A stretch of 64,000 nt of DNA from positions 8,138,422-8,202,421 of the forward strand of contig NC_092678.1 of assembly GCF_964355755.1 (NCBI RefSeq). The letters are read 5' to 3'. Under the pieces are notes generated by a model, which ran no database searches, was not told the DNA's origin, and saw nothing but the letters and a program-made list of their open reading frames with translations. Positions 26,901 to 39,519 of this stretch are shown piece by piece. The DNA comes from Antedon mediterranea. Its lineage: Eukaryota > Animalia > Echinodermata. The translations under genes were made by a program, and so were the position numbers. Within the stretch, counting starts at the first letter, position 1. Each line of letters starts with the position of its first letter.

Positions 26901-28784
26901 ATACATAAAATGTAACTTTTCCGATAGAGTTCATAATAAATGTAACGTTAGACAACTGATAGGATTTATAATGGAAGTATATCAGATTTAACCAGTGCGT
27001 TTGAACACAAAACAACTAAATAACATGCATTATTGTCTGTAGGATTTATCTCCGATCGAGAAAGGCATATTGATACAAGTGAGGTCATAGAAAAAGACAA
27101 TACTGACTGCCTGCTGCCCGATGTTTTTGACTTTCTGTTATCAGTACTATCTCTTTACAATCTAAATTTCATACCATTTTCATCTTACAGTTGATGGTTC
27201 CTGGTCTACTTGGTCGGCATGGTCTGGGTGTAGTGCAACGTGTGATACTGGCATTCGGATCAGGACAAGACTATGCAATTCTCCTCGTCCACAACATGGT
27301 GGTAAAGATTGTCCTTCGGAAAGCAGACAAACAAGAAACTGTACAGCGCATGTCAGGTGTCCAAGTAAGTCACAATTTGCAAAAACTAGTGGGATTCAAT
27401 ACCCTCCAAGACAGAGTAAAAACGCTTTGAATTTAAGTAGTTTGCCATTGATTCTTTCCTGAGTGGATTTCCACTAAATAGCCCAACTCTCCGCGTTTTG
27501 TGTAAATGGTCAAATAAAATAGATTAGGTTAGGCCTATATATATTTTTTCCGCTTACCGCGTCACCGCTCGTCTGTGTAAACTGGCCTATATGCGTATTA
27601 CTGTATCATTAAAATATATAGTAGAATTTTAGAACTAGGCCCTATCTGTGTTTTAAATTTCCAGTTGACGGAGGTCTGACAGAATGGTCATCGTGGAGCA
27701 ACTGTGGCGCTGCTCAATGTGGTGCAAAAGGTCATCGTTACCGCCGTCGACACTGCACAAATCCTGCTCCAAGATATGGTGGCAATCCTTGCTCAAATAA
27801 GAATGCAGTCATGAAAGAATCTTGTATCAAAGACTGCACAGGTCAGTGTGCTTTGTTGCTAAAGCTTGGTTCCCGTTAGGACGTACGCAATCAAATTTAC
27901 CAATGAAAAGCGACATTTCGAATAATCCATCGCATTATGATTGGTCAAATTAATCGCGTTGCGCGTATGTCTCTGCGGTAAGTCCTAGTGGGAGCCAAGC
28001 TTAACATGATTCTTAACTTGCATCAAATCATTAATGTTGCCACTAACAGTACAAATAAGTCCCCTATGTGGTGCAGTACTTTGAGTTTTTACACGGATGT
28101 GGCTTTTCCACGTATGGCACAGTTCCTATGTTTACGATATCTTAATTTGTTTTGTTTATTTTCTACGCAGCAACAAATGTAGCAGCAGTTCCTGTAAAGA
28201 AATGCAGACCTAAGGTTAAACCAACACAGAATGCCCCTGTGTCAGCTTCTTCATCAATTGGTGAATTATCATATCCCTCCTATGAAGATCCGGCGTCTTC
28301 CAGTACTAGTGCTGACGAAGAACCTTCATACATTGATCCCGGTTTCCCGCCAATGACACGCATGTTACAGAAAACAGCACAGCATGAAAAGAATTTACGC
28401 GTAGACCCACCTCTACCGGACGGATTTCTTTCGTATTCAGAATCCAGTAGTGTTTCTATTGATATACAGTTAAGTGACTTAAGTCTTGGGAAAGAGAAAC
28501 CTATCGAGAAAAGCACGAATCTTCAACAGAAGAAACCAACTGATACAGTATCTTTTTCGACTTCTATTTCTGTTTCGAGCGACGCCAGTCTTTTCCAAAA
28601 GAATGATGGAGACGTACATGCAGAGGTAATTACTCCTTCTCCTCCTGTAGATGAAGACCAACCATCGTTTAGTTTTAACGAGGAATTAGAAGACTGTGAA
28701 GAAATTGAAGAGGTTTTAGAAGTATCTTCTGTGTCAGAGTCATCTTCAGCTGATCAGCCGTCATTCAGTTCTAGTAGTAATTAG
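23910..28784 (+). CDS. Properdin-like secreted protein: signal peptide, TB/TSR0 domain, 5 thrombospondin type-1 repeats, Ser/Glu/Pro-rich tail (~569 aa, 8 exons)
   Basis: Exons 23910-23958, 24386-24583, 25578-25718, 25997-26176, 26518-26694, 27191-27364, 27665-27841, 28171-28784; all GT-AG, phase 1. Exon 2 CFKSYAEKSGGNSRCK...SEKDCC...CTPC resembles the properdin N-terminal TB domain. WxxWxxCSxTC and RxRxC TSP1 motifs occur in exons 3-7. Confidence 0.85.
24672..25250. repeat. Rearranged repeat with a long hairpin (possibly a Crypton-like non-autonomous element) in intron 2
   Basis: ~70-bp stem around the loop CTCGGCTTTGCCTCG (25030-25192); 24672-24735 is a further arm copy; 24880-24950 is inverted at 25193-25250. 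Confidence 0.5.
27863..28001. mobile_element. Harbinger-type MITE, diverged
   Basis: AGCTTGGTTCCC...GGGAGCCAAGCT with TAA TSD. Confidence 0.65.
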
Positions 28785-29720
28785 ATGCCCAAACAAACAT
28801 GAATATTTTATTTATGCTAATCGCAACTACTACCGGCAGGGTATGCAAGACGCGCTTGCGTTTGGCTAATATCCTTGCGTTGCGTCAAAGCTTAAGTATT
28901 TTGACCAATCACAATGCGATGGGTCATACGAATGTCGCCTATGATTGGTAAACTCACTTGCATAGTGCCTAGCGTCGTTGCGTTGCGTCCACATTGTAAA
29001 TATTTAGATAGCTACTTTTAGTGATATTCTTTCACAAGTTATCATTATCGAACGTTTCCGTACAACTGTTTCTTCGATTGAAATTTTCTGATAAATTTAA
29101 TAATATACTTATTTATGTAAAATAAAATTAAAAATATTCTAAAATATGTAAAACGACTCAGTTAGATTTTACTCAAACATGTTTATAATCGCACGACATG
29201 CATTATCGCAATAACAATAAGCAATAAGAGGCCAACAACGACTTCCTTCGCTTATGGTACAAAAGACAGTAAAATGCGATGTGAATTAGGTTAAGCATAA
29301 TATTCTACGCATCCATTATTATGAAATGAAGACTATAAAAATGCACACTGAATTATACCTTTATTTATTATGAATATACAATTTACACGGTAAACAGAAC
29401 AGTTTTATTTATTATACTACATGCGAAAAAGATTGTTAAGATCTTGGACTATCTGCAATATATTTTTTCAGGAATGCAACTATTCCGGACCTGGAGACTG
29501 AGACGACCAACGATAATTTACAAAGAAGATACAGGTGGCAAAATGGCAACTATACACACCCTACTAAAATGATATTTTGGAGGTACAATTCTATAAAGAT
29601 TTTTTTCCATTATATCTTCATAGAATCATTCGCATACATACAATGCTTATACTTGCCAATGCTATAAAGATTCTTATGTCTAAAAAATAAACTGCTCTGA
29701 ACAATATACAATTTTTATGA

Positions 29721-32700
29721 TTAGTTAGAGATTCCAAACTCACGTAACCAAGCTAAGTATTTTGATACTTTAGTGTAAACACCAAATTCTTTCGGCAGTC
29801 CACATTGGTCAGGACTTCCCCAACTTACTATTCCCTCTAAATACCAACTTTTCATTTCACCTGTCCCTCGTGAGAAAACCATTGGGCTACCGCTATCCCC
29901 GGTGCAACTGTCAACCCCGCCCTCTTCAAAGCCGGCACAAAACATGTTGCGTGTGACAAAAATGTTAATATTTTCAGGATAAGAATCTCGGTAATTTCGT
30001 TGACATCTCTGAAAAATAAAACAAACATTTTAATATTCTTGTTGATGTATGCCTGAGTTCATGGTTTTACATAGGCCCTAGAGTAGACATCCTACGACAT
30101 GATTAGTCATACAGCGCATGCGCGCGCTGGAAGACCACCGTCCTTTTACCGGTGGTGGAAACGGGGTGTAGGCTCTACACTTTATTTGACTCATTATTTA
30201 CAAACCTAAAGACATTTAATGTTGATACTACTACTAATGTTAATACATACCAGTCTTGAAACTACAGGAATTATAGCTTGCTGAAGAACTGTAGGTAGTC
30301 CTTCACCAGTTCTCCCCCAGCCTGTCAATACCCCTTCCTTACCGGGTCTTAAATTGCGTTTTGTACTCGATATGGACGGCAGACATACGGGTCGAACACG
30401 CGCCGTAAATTCTATCGGTGTCTCAAGTCTCAAGACAGCAATATCGCTGTCTAGTGTAGATGGGTTGTAATTGTGGTGTACAAAAAAGTCTGCAACCTAA
30501 ACACAGAAGAATTACAAGCTAAATCTATTTGTAGAAAAATCATCTTGTAAAAGGACAGTTTCTTCTGGGAATATACTCATCATGCATCTGCTTCGTATAG
30601 CTAGCTCCGCCCATTGCCGCCATTTTTTAAAATTCTAAAAATATCATGCGGATGTGAACTTTTTGCGAACTTTTTATATCGTTGTTGCCTTTATTGAAAC
30701 AAACCTTTGGAAATGAGTGAGTGTCATAAAAAGGTCAGCGAGACTTTGGTGTTCATCGTACAGGTTTGTCTGCAACCAACAAATAAAGCTACCTAGGCCT
30801 AGACTAGGACTACTACTAGTAGTAGTAAAAAAAAATGTTATTTATTCAACAATGGCATTATACAATAATATAATTATAGGTGTGTACATAAATGAAAACA
30901 TAGCAATAAGCCATCATTTGGGGTCTTCTCTAGAAGAAAACAAGTTTCTTGTCTCGAGAAAGACCCCAGTAGTAGTAGTACTAGTAGTAGTAGTGTAGTA
31001 GTAGAGCCGCATAGTAGGTAGTATAGCATGAACACATTTCATTTGTTCATGGTAGTATACTTAGCCTAGCCGTTGTAGTAGACATAGGGCCTACATCGGT
31101 CTTTAGTTCATTGTCTTGAACAGAAAATCGTGTAGGCCTAGGTCTACTTACATTTCTTGACTGAATCCACTCCTCATCTCTTTTGTGATGAGTCCGGTAA
31201 TACTTCCCTACTTCTACTTTAAATAAGTGGGTAAATCTAAAAAAAGAAAAGACAGATTATCAATAAATAATCTTAAATCATTCACATTAACAAAATAGAA
31301 ATTCAGTAGGCCAAAACATTAGTTCAAAACAAAAGGTTGCAAGTACCATAGCACAGTTTGATGAAATAACAGTATAAAGTATGAGAGAATAACATACAGT
31401 TCGAGAGTTTTTGGTAGTCTGATTTCACGAGAATCGGTCGAACCATTTTAGAAATGCTAAGCTCAATCTAGTTTCGTGATTAAGACTCTTACCTGTCTTT
31501 AACACAATGCGCCGCTGTTACAACTAATGTTTCAGTAAGGATTGAAGCGCCACAGATTAACCGTTTACTACCAGTGCCATTTTTGTACTTGTAAATTGCT
31601 ACATTCCAAGGCCACATGCCGCCTATCGTATCGTTTCCACCAACAACATATGCCTGTTTTTCACCACTAGCTTTTCCACAAACTTTGAAAGTAACGGAAA
31701 GGTGGATAGTTAGCGTGTTGTATAAGAATTGCCACGTGGTCAAGTAAAATAAAGTAGTCCCTGTAAAATAAAAATAATATTTTCTTGGTTTGAACACATC
31801 AATGCGTCATTTTGTTGTCATTTACCTACCTGGTTTGCATGTAGGAATGTGCCCTCTCCACTTTCCACCAGAACACGTAAGATGCGAAGATCCGTAGAGT
31901 TGATATAAGTTAGACTTGCAACTGTAGGCTAGCTGCGTCCCATGTGTAAAGTAACCTTCTGTGAGGTAGTTGTTTTGTTCCTGTTCTTGGTCTTCATCGG
32001 CCATAAATTCCTCCTCTATGCCAGACGTCGATATGCTATCACTACTAGAAGCGGAACTTTCGGATGAAGCCAATGATGAGCTTTGTACTATTCGTGTCCG
32101 ATCAAAGCTGCTTAATAACCAAACTGTATTGTTAGTAGATGTTTACAAAATGGAAATGGATTTCAGTTGTTTGCTCAGATCTGGATTCAAATCAGATCTG
32201 AAACACCATTCGTAGATACTAGTCTAATAAAAAAGGATACATTCCAATACCATGAAATTAACTGAAACAAATATGGCAAATACCTTCTAGTCTTTAAAGC
32301 AGGCTGTGAAACTTGACGGACGCTGTATTTTGGAATACCGGGATCGTGGCACGACGTTTCTGTAATGAATGCGAATCAATAATTGTTCATGTACTGTAGC
32401 ATACTTTATTTCTTTAATTCACTATGTTTGGCAGTGAATACATTGTTAACGAATTGAAAGTGAAAATCTCACCTTCAAGACAAACTGGTTGGTCACCACT
32501 CCAACTTCCGGTCGTCAAGCAAACCCTAGTTTCTTCTCCTTTAACCATTGTAAAGGTATTTCCACACGAGAAAGATAGGATGTCTCCGGCGTGAAATGTA
32601 TGTACACTAGCATCAGGAACCCGAACAATATTTGGTCCAACTCCCGGATCAGGGCACGATACGTCTTTAACTGCATAATGTGAAATATGTTATTTTAGAT

Positions 32701-35700
32701 GCTATAAAGTAGTGTTTGTAAAAGTTATTGAAGGATTGATTTCATTGGTCGGCTTGTCTGTCAAGACATTTTTTTTAAAGTAAAATCTGCGATCTGTCAC
32801 ATATCGACTACTGTTGTTCGCTTTGGGGTTCCAAAGGTAATTGCATATTCTCTCGTATCCAACATTTGCGGAACCGTGCTTTTCGAATCATTCTTAACTG
32901 CCATCCTCATATCCGTTCTTCTTTTCCACTCTTAACTTAATGTTTATAGCAGAATTTGTCTTCTACTTGGTTGTCTTGCTTTCAAAGCAGTCACTGGTTC
33001 TTCCTCAACCGTTTAAAAAACCCATATTACCCGTCAAAGTATGTGTACTCGATCAGTTACTATGGGCCATTTTTTTGTTCCTAAACCTGAACTTCAAAAT
33101 TTGTTTTTTATTACAGAGTCACTTTCTTTCTCAATTCTCTCCCCTTTAGTTACAATATATCTTATTTTGAAATTTTGATACTGTATGCATAAAAGACTTT
33201 TAATACATGTATGTACTACTAAAATGAAGGATTATAATAGGCCTACTCTTTGCTAAAATGTAACGACAAATGTCGATACAAGAAGACACCACTGATCTGA
33301 ACCTTGGTTTGAGAGAAACATGACAGGAAATTGTTGACGTTTTTAAAGGGTAAAATGAAAGAGAACGCATAACTTACTGCACTGAGGAGTATTGCCTGAC
33401 CATTCACCGTTGAATTTGCACAATCTTGATTTTACATCTGGCTTAGAAAAAATGTAATTCTCTTCACATGTATAAGATACAACACCTCCAAACGTAAAGT
33501 TGGTTGCATATAGAAAACCATGTTCTGGGATATCAGGTATTCCGCATTCGACAGGGTCTAATAAGGAAAGGCAAGAGAAAAATTTATTATGCATATTATT
33601 CTCTTTAATTTACATATCCGTCTATTTTTAAAGCTTTCTTACTAAATTAATGTTTTCCGTTAATTACCCGTATGGTACGCAAATAATATTGAATTTTGTT
33701 GGATTAAAAAGTTTGTATATGCTGCAGAAAAAAAAGCCTGTAACATTTTTTCTTAATTAATTTATTTTTATACAATTTATTTATTATGCCCAATTCTGGT
33801 GTTCCACGGCCAGTGAATAAAATAACCCCGGTATAATTACTTTAGGAATATACCATAACAAACTATGTATAATATTTTTCTATATTAGATTAAAGTTTAC
33901 AGATAAAAAGGGATATGGCTGGAATATAATATATATAATAAACCTAAATCAATTTTTATCCATTTATCAGTTACGTGTGCTCTAGTTCTTTTAAAATTTT
34001 CTCACGAAAGAACTCTAGTCCCAACGACTTATATAACGTCTGTTTATGACGTGTTCTTAAAGTGTGTATGTTTTTCTTTGATCACGTATAATATTAGAGG
34101 GCATTGACAGTTATTGAATTCCGTTTTGGAAATCTTTGGCAAAACGCCTAAAAAAGCATATATATGTTAATAATGGACATTGTATACCCACCGCATATTG
34201 GACTTGTTTGTGTCCACTGTCTATCGGGTCCGCATAGCCTCTCGCCAGGTCCTCTTAGGGTGTAACCTCTGTTACATGTGTAGGTGGCTCGAGATCCCTC
34301 TAGTTGTACCGCTTCATCGTCGTCTAAGGCAACGCTCCCGTATGTTGGACGTTTTGGCCTGTCACACTTTGCAACTAAAAGTATAGGCCTTATTTTTTTA
34401 TTTCTTACATTTGCACGGGATGGATGTCGACGACATTTTATTGACACGGAAGGTCGATCATAAATAAACTCTCGATAAAAAAAACTTACTATATTATATA
34501 TATACCAAGCTTATTATCTTGACATATTTACAAAACACATTTAGGCCTAAATGGGATCATAATTTTGTGTAATTTAATGTGGAATATATATAATTTGTTT
34601 AATATACAATAAACAAAAGTATTGTAAAAGAGTCAATAATTATATATTAATATATAGGGCCTAGATTTCCCCCCGTTTTTTTTACAAAAAAAAAAAAGAA
34701 AATGTGCAAATGTCAAAGATTTAAGAAAAGAAAATATAAATTGTAATATATATTTTTTACCACAAACGGGAGGAACTCCTGACCAGGTACCATCTTGTTT
34801 ACAATCGATTCTATCCAAGCCGCTTATTTGATACCCGTTCAAACAATCATACAAAATGCTTCTAACAACGGATGTTCCAGGAACTGACGTTACGATTGCT
34901 AGGCCGCCATTTGGTGTCTCTAATGCTTCACATATGGGCTCTACAATATAACAGGACAATAGCCTCAGTCTACTTGAAAGTTAACTCATTTGTTAAAAGT
35001 GAAACTAAGAAATTTTAGGCAAAATTCCCTCAAACTAGTTTCGAAACATATTTTCCAATGATTCATAGAAACAGTCGGGATAATATTGATAATTGATGAG
35101 AACAACATGAGAACATTATGGGATAATTTGTGACGTCTATGAAAGTGACCTACAGTTATATTGTAAAGTGTTATTCTCAGTAAGAGGGTATTTGCCTTTT
35201 ACTCCCAAAACTTCATGTTCTTCTCCATTTCAGTCAATATTAGTAATTTTTGACTCAATTAGTACTCGCGTACTGTAATGTAATTCAGTAATTCAATGAG
35301 GCATACAAAACAAGAAATAACTCAAAACAAGTATCAAGGCTAAAAAGACCACAACACATTAGACCTAATGTAATTCAATAGTTAAAGTGACAAATATCTA
35401 GAAAAGACATGATTATGAGGTCTTACCACATTTAGGAAGATCACCAATCCAGTCTCCATTAAAATCACAAAGAAGTCTGGAAGATCCAATCAATTGATAG
35501 TTCTGGTTACACATGATGGTCACAGAACTTCCACCGATGAATTGTTGCAGTGATTTTTCAAGCCTAGCATTTGGTGGCACAGAAGGATATGGGCAGTACA
35601 CTGTAAGCAAAAAGCGGTCAAGATCATCGTCAATTTCCAGCAATTTAAAGACAATGTTTAATTATCGCCGTTACAATAAATTGCCTTTGTCCACTTACCG

Positions 35701-37876
35701 CTGTCAGGCAGTACAATACAAATGTTTTATATTTATTATCATTAATTATCGTTTTATTGATTGTGTAGTATAATATGAGGAGTTCTGAGTTTTTCCATTT
35801 ACCTGGTTTTCGTCTTTCGCACTTATCACCTTCAAAACGATCTGAACACATGCAGGTTCCGTTACTATTGCACTCTCCATTGTTCTGGCAGTGACAAACT
35901 TTAGACATGAATTAAAATAAATAGTATAACATATTTTATTGTTGGTTAAAACTTGAATTTAGCTAAAACTTGTAATTTGAATCTATGGAACTCATTACAG
36001 TATTATAAACAATGAATAATTAATTATGAAAACAAAAATAAAAACAATGTGACCTTTCTTTCTTTCGTTCTTAAAAAATGAAGACCTACTTACTCATGTC
36101 ACACCACTTTCCATATCGATCGGAAGGACAACTGACACAACTATCAACGTTATTGTCGCAGGTTTGGCAGTATTGATACTGGGCGCATTGAGCGACAAAA
36201 TCTAAATCTTCGTTACATTCTTTGCAATATGGCCGCCAGCGATAAAAATACGTGCACCTGTTTGTTTCAGAAAAAAATATCGTTTGAAATAATATCGTAC
36301 GGTATTATATAATATAATATATAGCCCTATATAATATATAGGTGCAGGTGTTCTATATAATATAGAACACCTGCATTAAAACTGTTGAATATTACGGTGG
36401 CATTCCGCATGGATTTATTTTGTAGAAATCTAGATCTAGATTTGTCAACAATCTTCGAAACATAAATTTGATGTTTTTTAAACGTATGTAGCAGGTACAA
36501 CAGAGAATGATGAGATTCAAAGATAACTCTCCGAGTTGGATCGACATCATCACCTTCATCGATAATGTTGGGCCATTATTTTAATCGGTTCGGCTATTAT
36601 AGTTTAGTCTTATATGATGGGAACATTAGCCCCATAGCAGATGACTTGCGTGCATCTATTTTGTGTGTCTTTCAATCTGTTGATTTCATTGCGTTGCGTG
36701 TTAGTGGGAACTAAGTTTTAAACAACCAAGAGAAACAATATTGTAATCTAAATTATGTATTGTCCCCCAAAAACATGAAAAATTAAGATTAATATTTAAT
36801 AAAATCTGCAGAGCAGATGACTTGCGTGCATCTGTTTTGTGTATCTTTTCAATCAGTTTTGTTTGTATCTGAACATTAACATTAAAATTGTCATTTCTAT
36901 AACATATTTAATATACAAAATCCGATCATTTTGTGAACATTACTATATTTGGAAAAAGTTGGGTTTTTAAGAGTTTCAAAAAAGTTGTCACTGACAGTGA
37001 GCAAGTTGTTTTAGTAAGGTTAGTTTTGTTCATAATTGTAAAGAATTTTAAATAAGATAAATATAAGAAATTGTCTACCTTTCGTAACTCATAGAGAAAG
37101 TTCTTTCCGTTTCTCCGCACGTGCAGTAGTTTCTACCATCGTCGCATCCAGTAGGTATACCAATAGCCTGGATGCATTCCAATAACGCTACTACAACACA
37201 AACGGCAAACAGAGTTGCTGTTGGAAAAAATAATGCCAATACTATTTTTTTTCTCCAAAGAAACTTTAAAAACATCAGGTTTACATCAACATATGCTGAG
37301 TTCACACTAGAACGCAACGTAAAGATAGATGCAACTCAAGGATTAACCAGCGACGGATCAACAGTCAAGTTAAGGCCAACTCAGACAGCGTCGTATGACG
37401 AAAATTAAACAAGTTTCTCGTGACGACCTAAAAACTACGTCCGACGCTAGAGGCCCTATATCAAAACAACTCGTCTCGTCGGGATTCAACTCAGACAGTA
37501 CCGACGAGTCAAACTTGCAGAAGTTATGAGGGCTGTCTGAGTTGGCCTTTACTTGCGTTGCGTCCTAGTGGCAACCAAGTAATGTACAGTGGAAACAATA
37601 ACATGAGATTTTTTAGAAAAATATTAATAGATAGTTTTTCGACATACTCTAATCCAACTTTTAAGTTAGTATAGATAAAAAGTGCGCAGCAAAACTAACA
37701 ACCTGGCTGACAATTTGTTACCGACTTGGTCAAAGTGAATGTATATGTGACATTAAAATAGCATTTTAACAAAAGAATATTTTTTCGGGAGAATGCATCT
37801 GTGAAGATAAAAAAAAATGTGTTTTAAAAGAAGAAATTTAAATAGTTTTAGACATACCTCTAACTGCAAATTTCAT
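29721..37876 (-). CDS. Limulus clotting Factor C-like modular serine protease: signal peptide, Cys-rich domain, EGF, 6 CCP/sushi, trypsin-fold protease (~831 aa, 15 exons)
   Basis: Exons 37876-37858, 37217-37079, 36257-36094, 35898-35803, 35600-35427, 34940-34761, 34374-34192, 33557-33378, 32670-32473, 32359-32284, 32107-31830, 31682-31493, 31236-31152, 30496-30251, 30008-29721; phases are consistent. Exon 3 encodes CTYFYRWRPYCK...CVSCPSDRYGKWC. Catalytic triad TAAHC / DIAVL / GDSGS. Confidence 0.9.
37373..37548. mobile_element. Harbinger-type MITE nested in an older MITE (~37296-37580)
   Basis: TIR AGGCCAACTCAGACAGC; TTA TSD. Confidence 0.7.
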
Positions 37877-37933
37877 CGTTTGGTTTCGTTAATAAGTGCG
37901 CCAAAACAACAACCTGACAAATTTGTGACCGAC

Positions 37934-37942
37934 TTATATACT
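37934..37942 (-). promoter_or_regulatory. Candidate TATA box of the Factor C-like gene
   Basis: GTATATAAG on the minus strand, ~60 bp upstream of the ATG at 37876. Confidence 0.35.
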
Positions 37943-38210
37943 AACCACACAGTAAGTTAGTGTGTTATAAATTTAATCCGTACTTTCCACTCCAGTACTG
38001 AAGGAAGTTGTTCAGAATCAGAGAATAGAAGTGGGATAATATCATCCGGCGATTGTAAATATTTACATACCATGTTTCCTCAATTTGTGTGTGAAATAGC
38101 AACAGGTACAGACAGAAATTCCTCGTTTGAAACCTGTAAGCATAAGGATAAGTGTGAATATAGAGTATTTGTTTGGAAATGTATTGATTTATTTTTGATT
38201 TATAGTATTA

Positions 38211-38600
38211 AGGCCCATTACACTAGACGATAACGATCGACGATAAAATAAACAAATATGCCTTGTTCATACATACAACAGAAGAAATCTAACAAGTGTT
38301 TATTCTTGAACTATTTAGGAACGACATGCTTCCTTTTGATGAAAATGATATTTTCACACGTCCAATCAAATGACTTCAAGAGAAATAACATCGTGACAAT
38401 ACAACGATTTTTGTTTTGTTTTATTGATCATGGCGTCATTTGATTGGATTTTTAAAAATATTAGTTTTACCAAAAACAGCATAAATGAGTAATCTATAAT
38501 TCTAGAACAAAAACCTTTCTAAATTCTTTTGTTTTATGTAAGAAAAATGCATGCTTATCTATTTATCGTCGATCGTTATCGTCATAATGTAAATGGGCCT
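38211..38600. mobile_element. Harbinger-type MITE
   Basis: TIR AGGCCCATT..AC..TAGACGATAACGATCGACGATAAA; TTA TSD. Confidence 0.75.
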
Positions 38601-39370
38601 TTAAGTTGTGGACGGAAACCAGAAAAGAATCGAATAAAGATTCACAAAATAACCGTGCATGTTATGTGCAAACCTTTCCATAACCACCACCTCTGCATGG
38701 TTCAGTTTGGACAACAAGTATTTCATTCTCCATAATTATTGGGGAATTCGTTTTCAGTAGACCTATTGGTACGTCTGCACTGTAACTAAAGATTATAGGT
38801 ATATCTAGGATCTCCGAATCGGCTTGGAACCTCTTTTTATATAAAGTATAAAAAAGGTGGAAACCCATTTTATTGCGTCGGACAACACCGCGAACAACAC
38901 TCCCGAATGTGCCAAATGTACAGGGTCGTCTCCCGTAACTCTGACAATGTTCAGTTTTTGTAAGGCAGTAAACTGGTATTTCTAAGCCGTAGGCCTACTT
39001 ATCGATTTTAAAATCCGGACCACGCAAAGCCTGACGGGAAGAGTGGACAAAATATCGGTACAAATATGAACTATGATAAAAAATGATTTCCGATCAACTG
39101 GTTTGAAAAAAAAAACATGTCGGCAAACATTTGAATTATTCAGGTCCATACCTACGTCAGGACATCAGGACATTTCGTTATTTTATGGGGTGATGCTGAT
39201 TTATAGTTATTTAGTTAAAAACGAGGAATAATGGGTGTAATTATATTTCGAAAACATGAACCACAAGGTACGTCCCTGGTGCTTTAAATGCCAATACCTT
39301 TCTCTGGTCAATTAGGTTGCCTCTACTTATTCAGTTAGGCCTACATTAGTTTCGCTGATTGATCAATCTT

Positions 39371-39380
39371 GGGGTTTCCC
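39371..39380. promoter_or_regulatory. Candidate NF-kB site upstream of the Factor C-like gene
   Basis: GGGGTTTCCC fits GGGRNWYYCC, ~1.5 kb upstream of the ATG; could be a chance match. Confidence 0.25.
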
Positions 39381-39519
39381 CTTTATAACACACATGATGT
39401 CAAAGTTTAAAAAAGACGCAAGGAAGTAAGGAAATAGACAGACTACAATAATATAACGGTATCGGTTTCATTTAAAACAAATGGGGGTTTTATTGCTAAA
39501 ACCTTACTCGTGAACCTTA

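Noticed and set aside
31398-31456. Possible extra mini-exon in the protease domain (good GTATGT donor)
   Set aside because: No canonical acceptor preserves phase, and the flanking exons already join in frame.
29721-37876. Calling the protease complement factor B/C2 or MASP
   Set aside because: There are no vWA or CUB domains, and the N-terminal Cys-rich/EGF region is Factor C-type.
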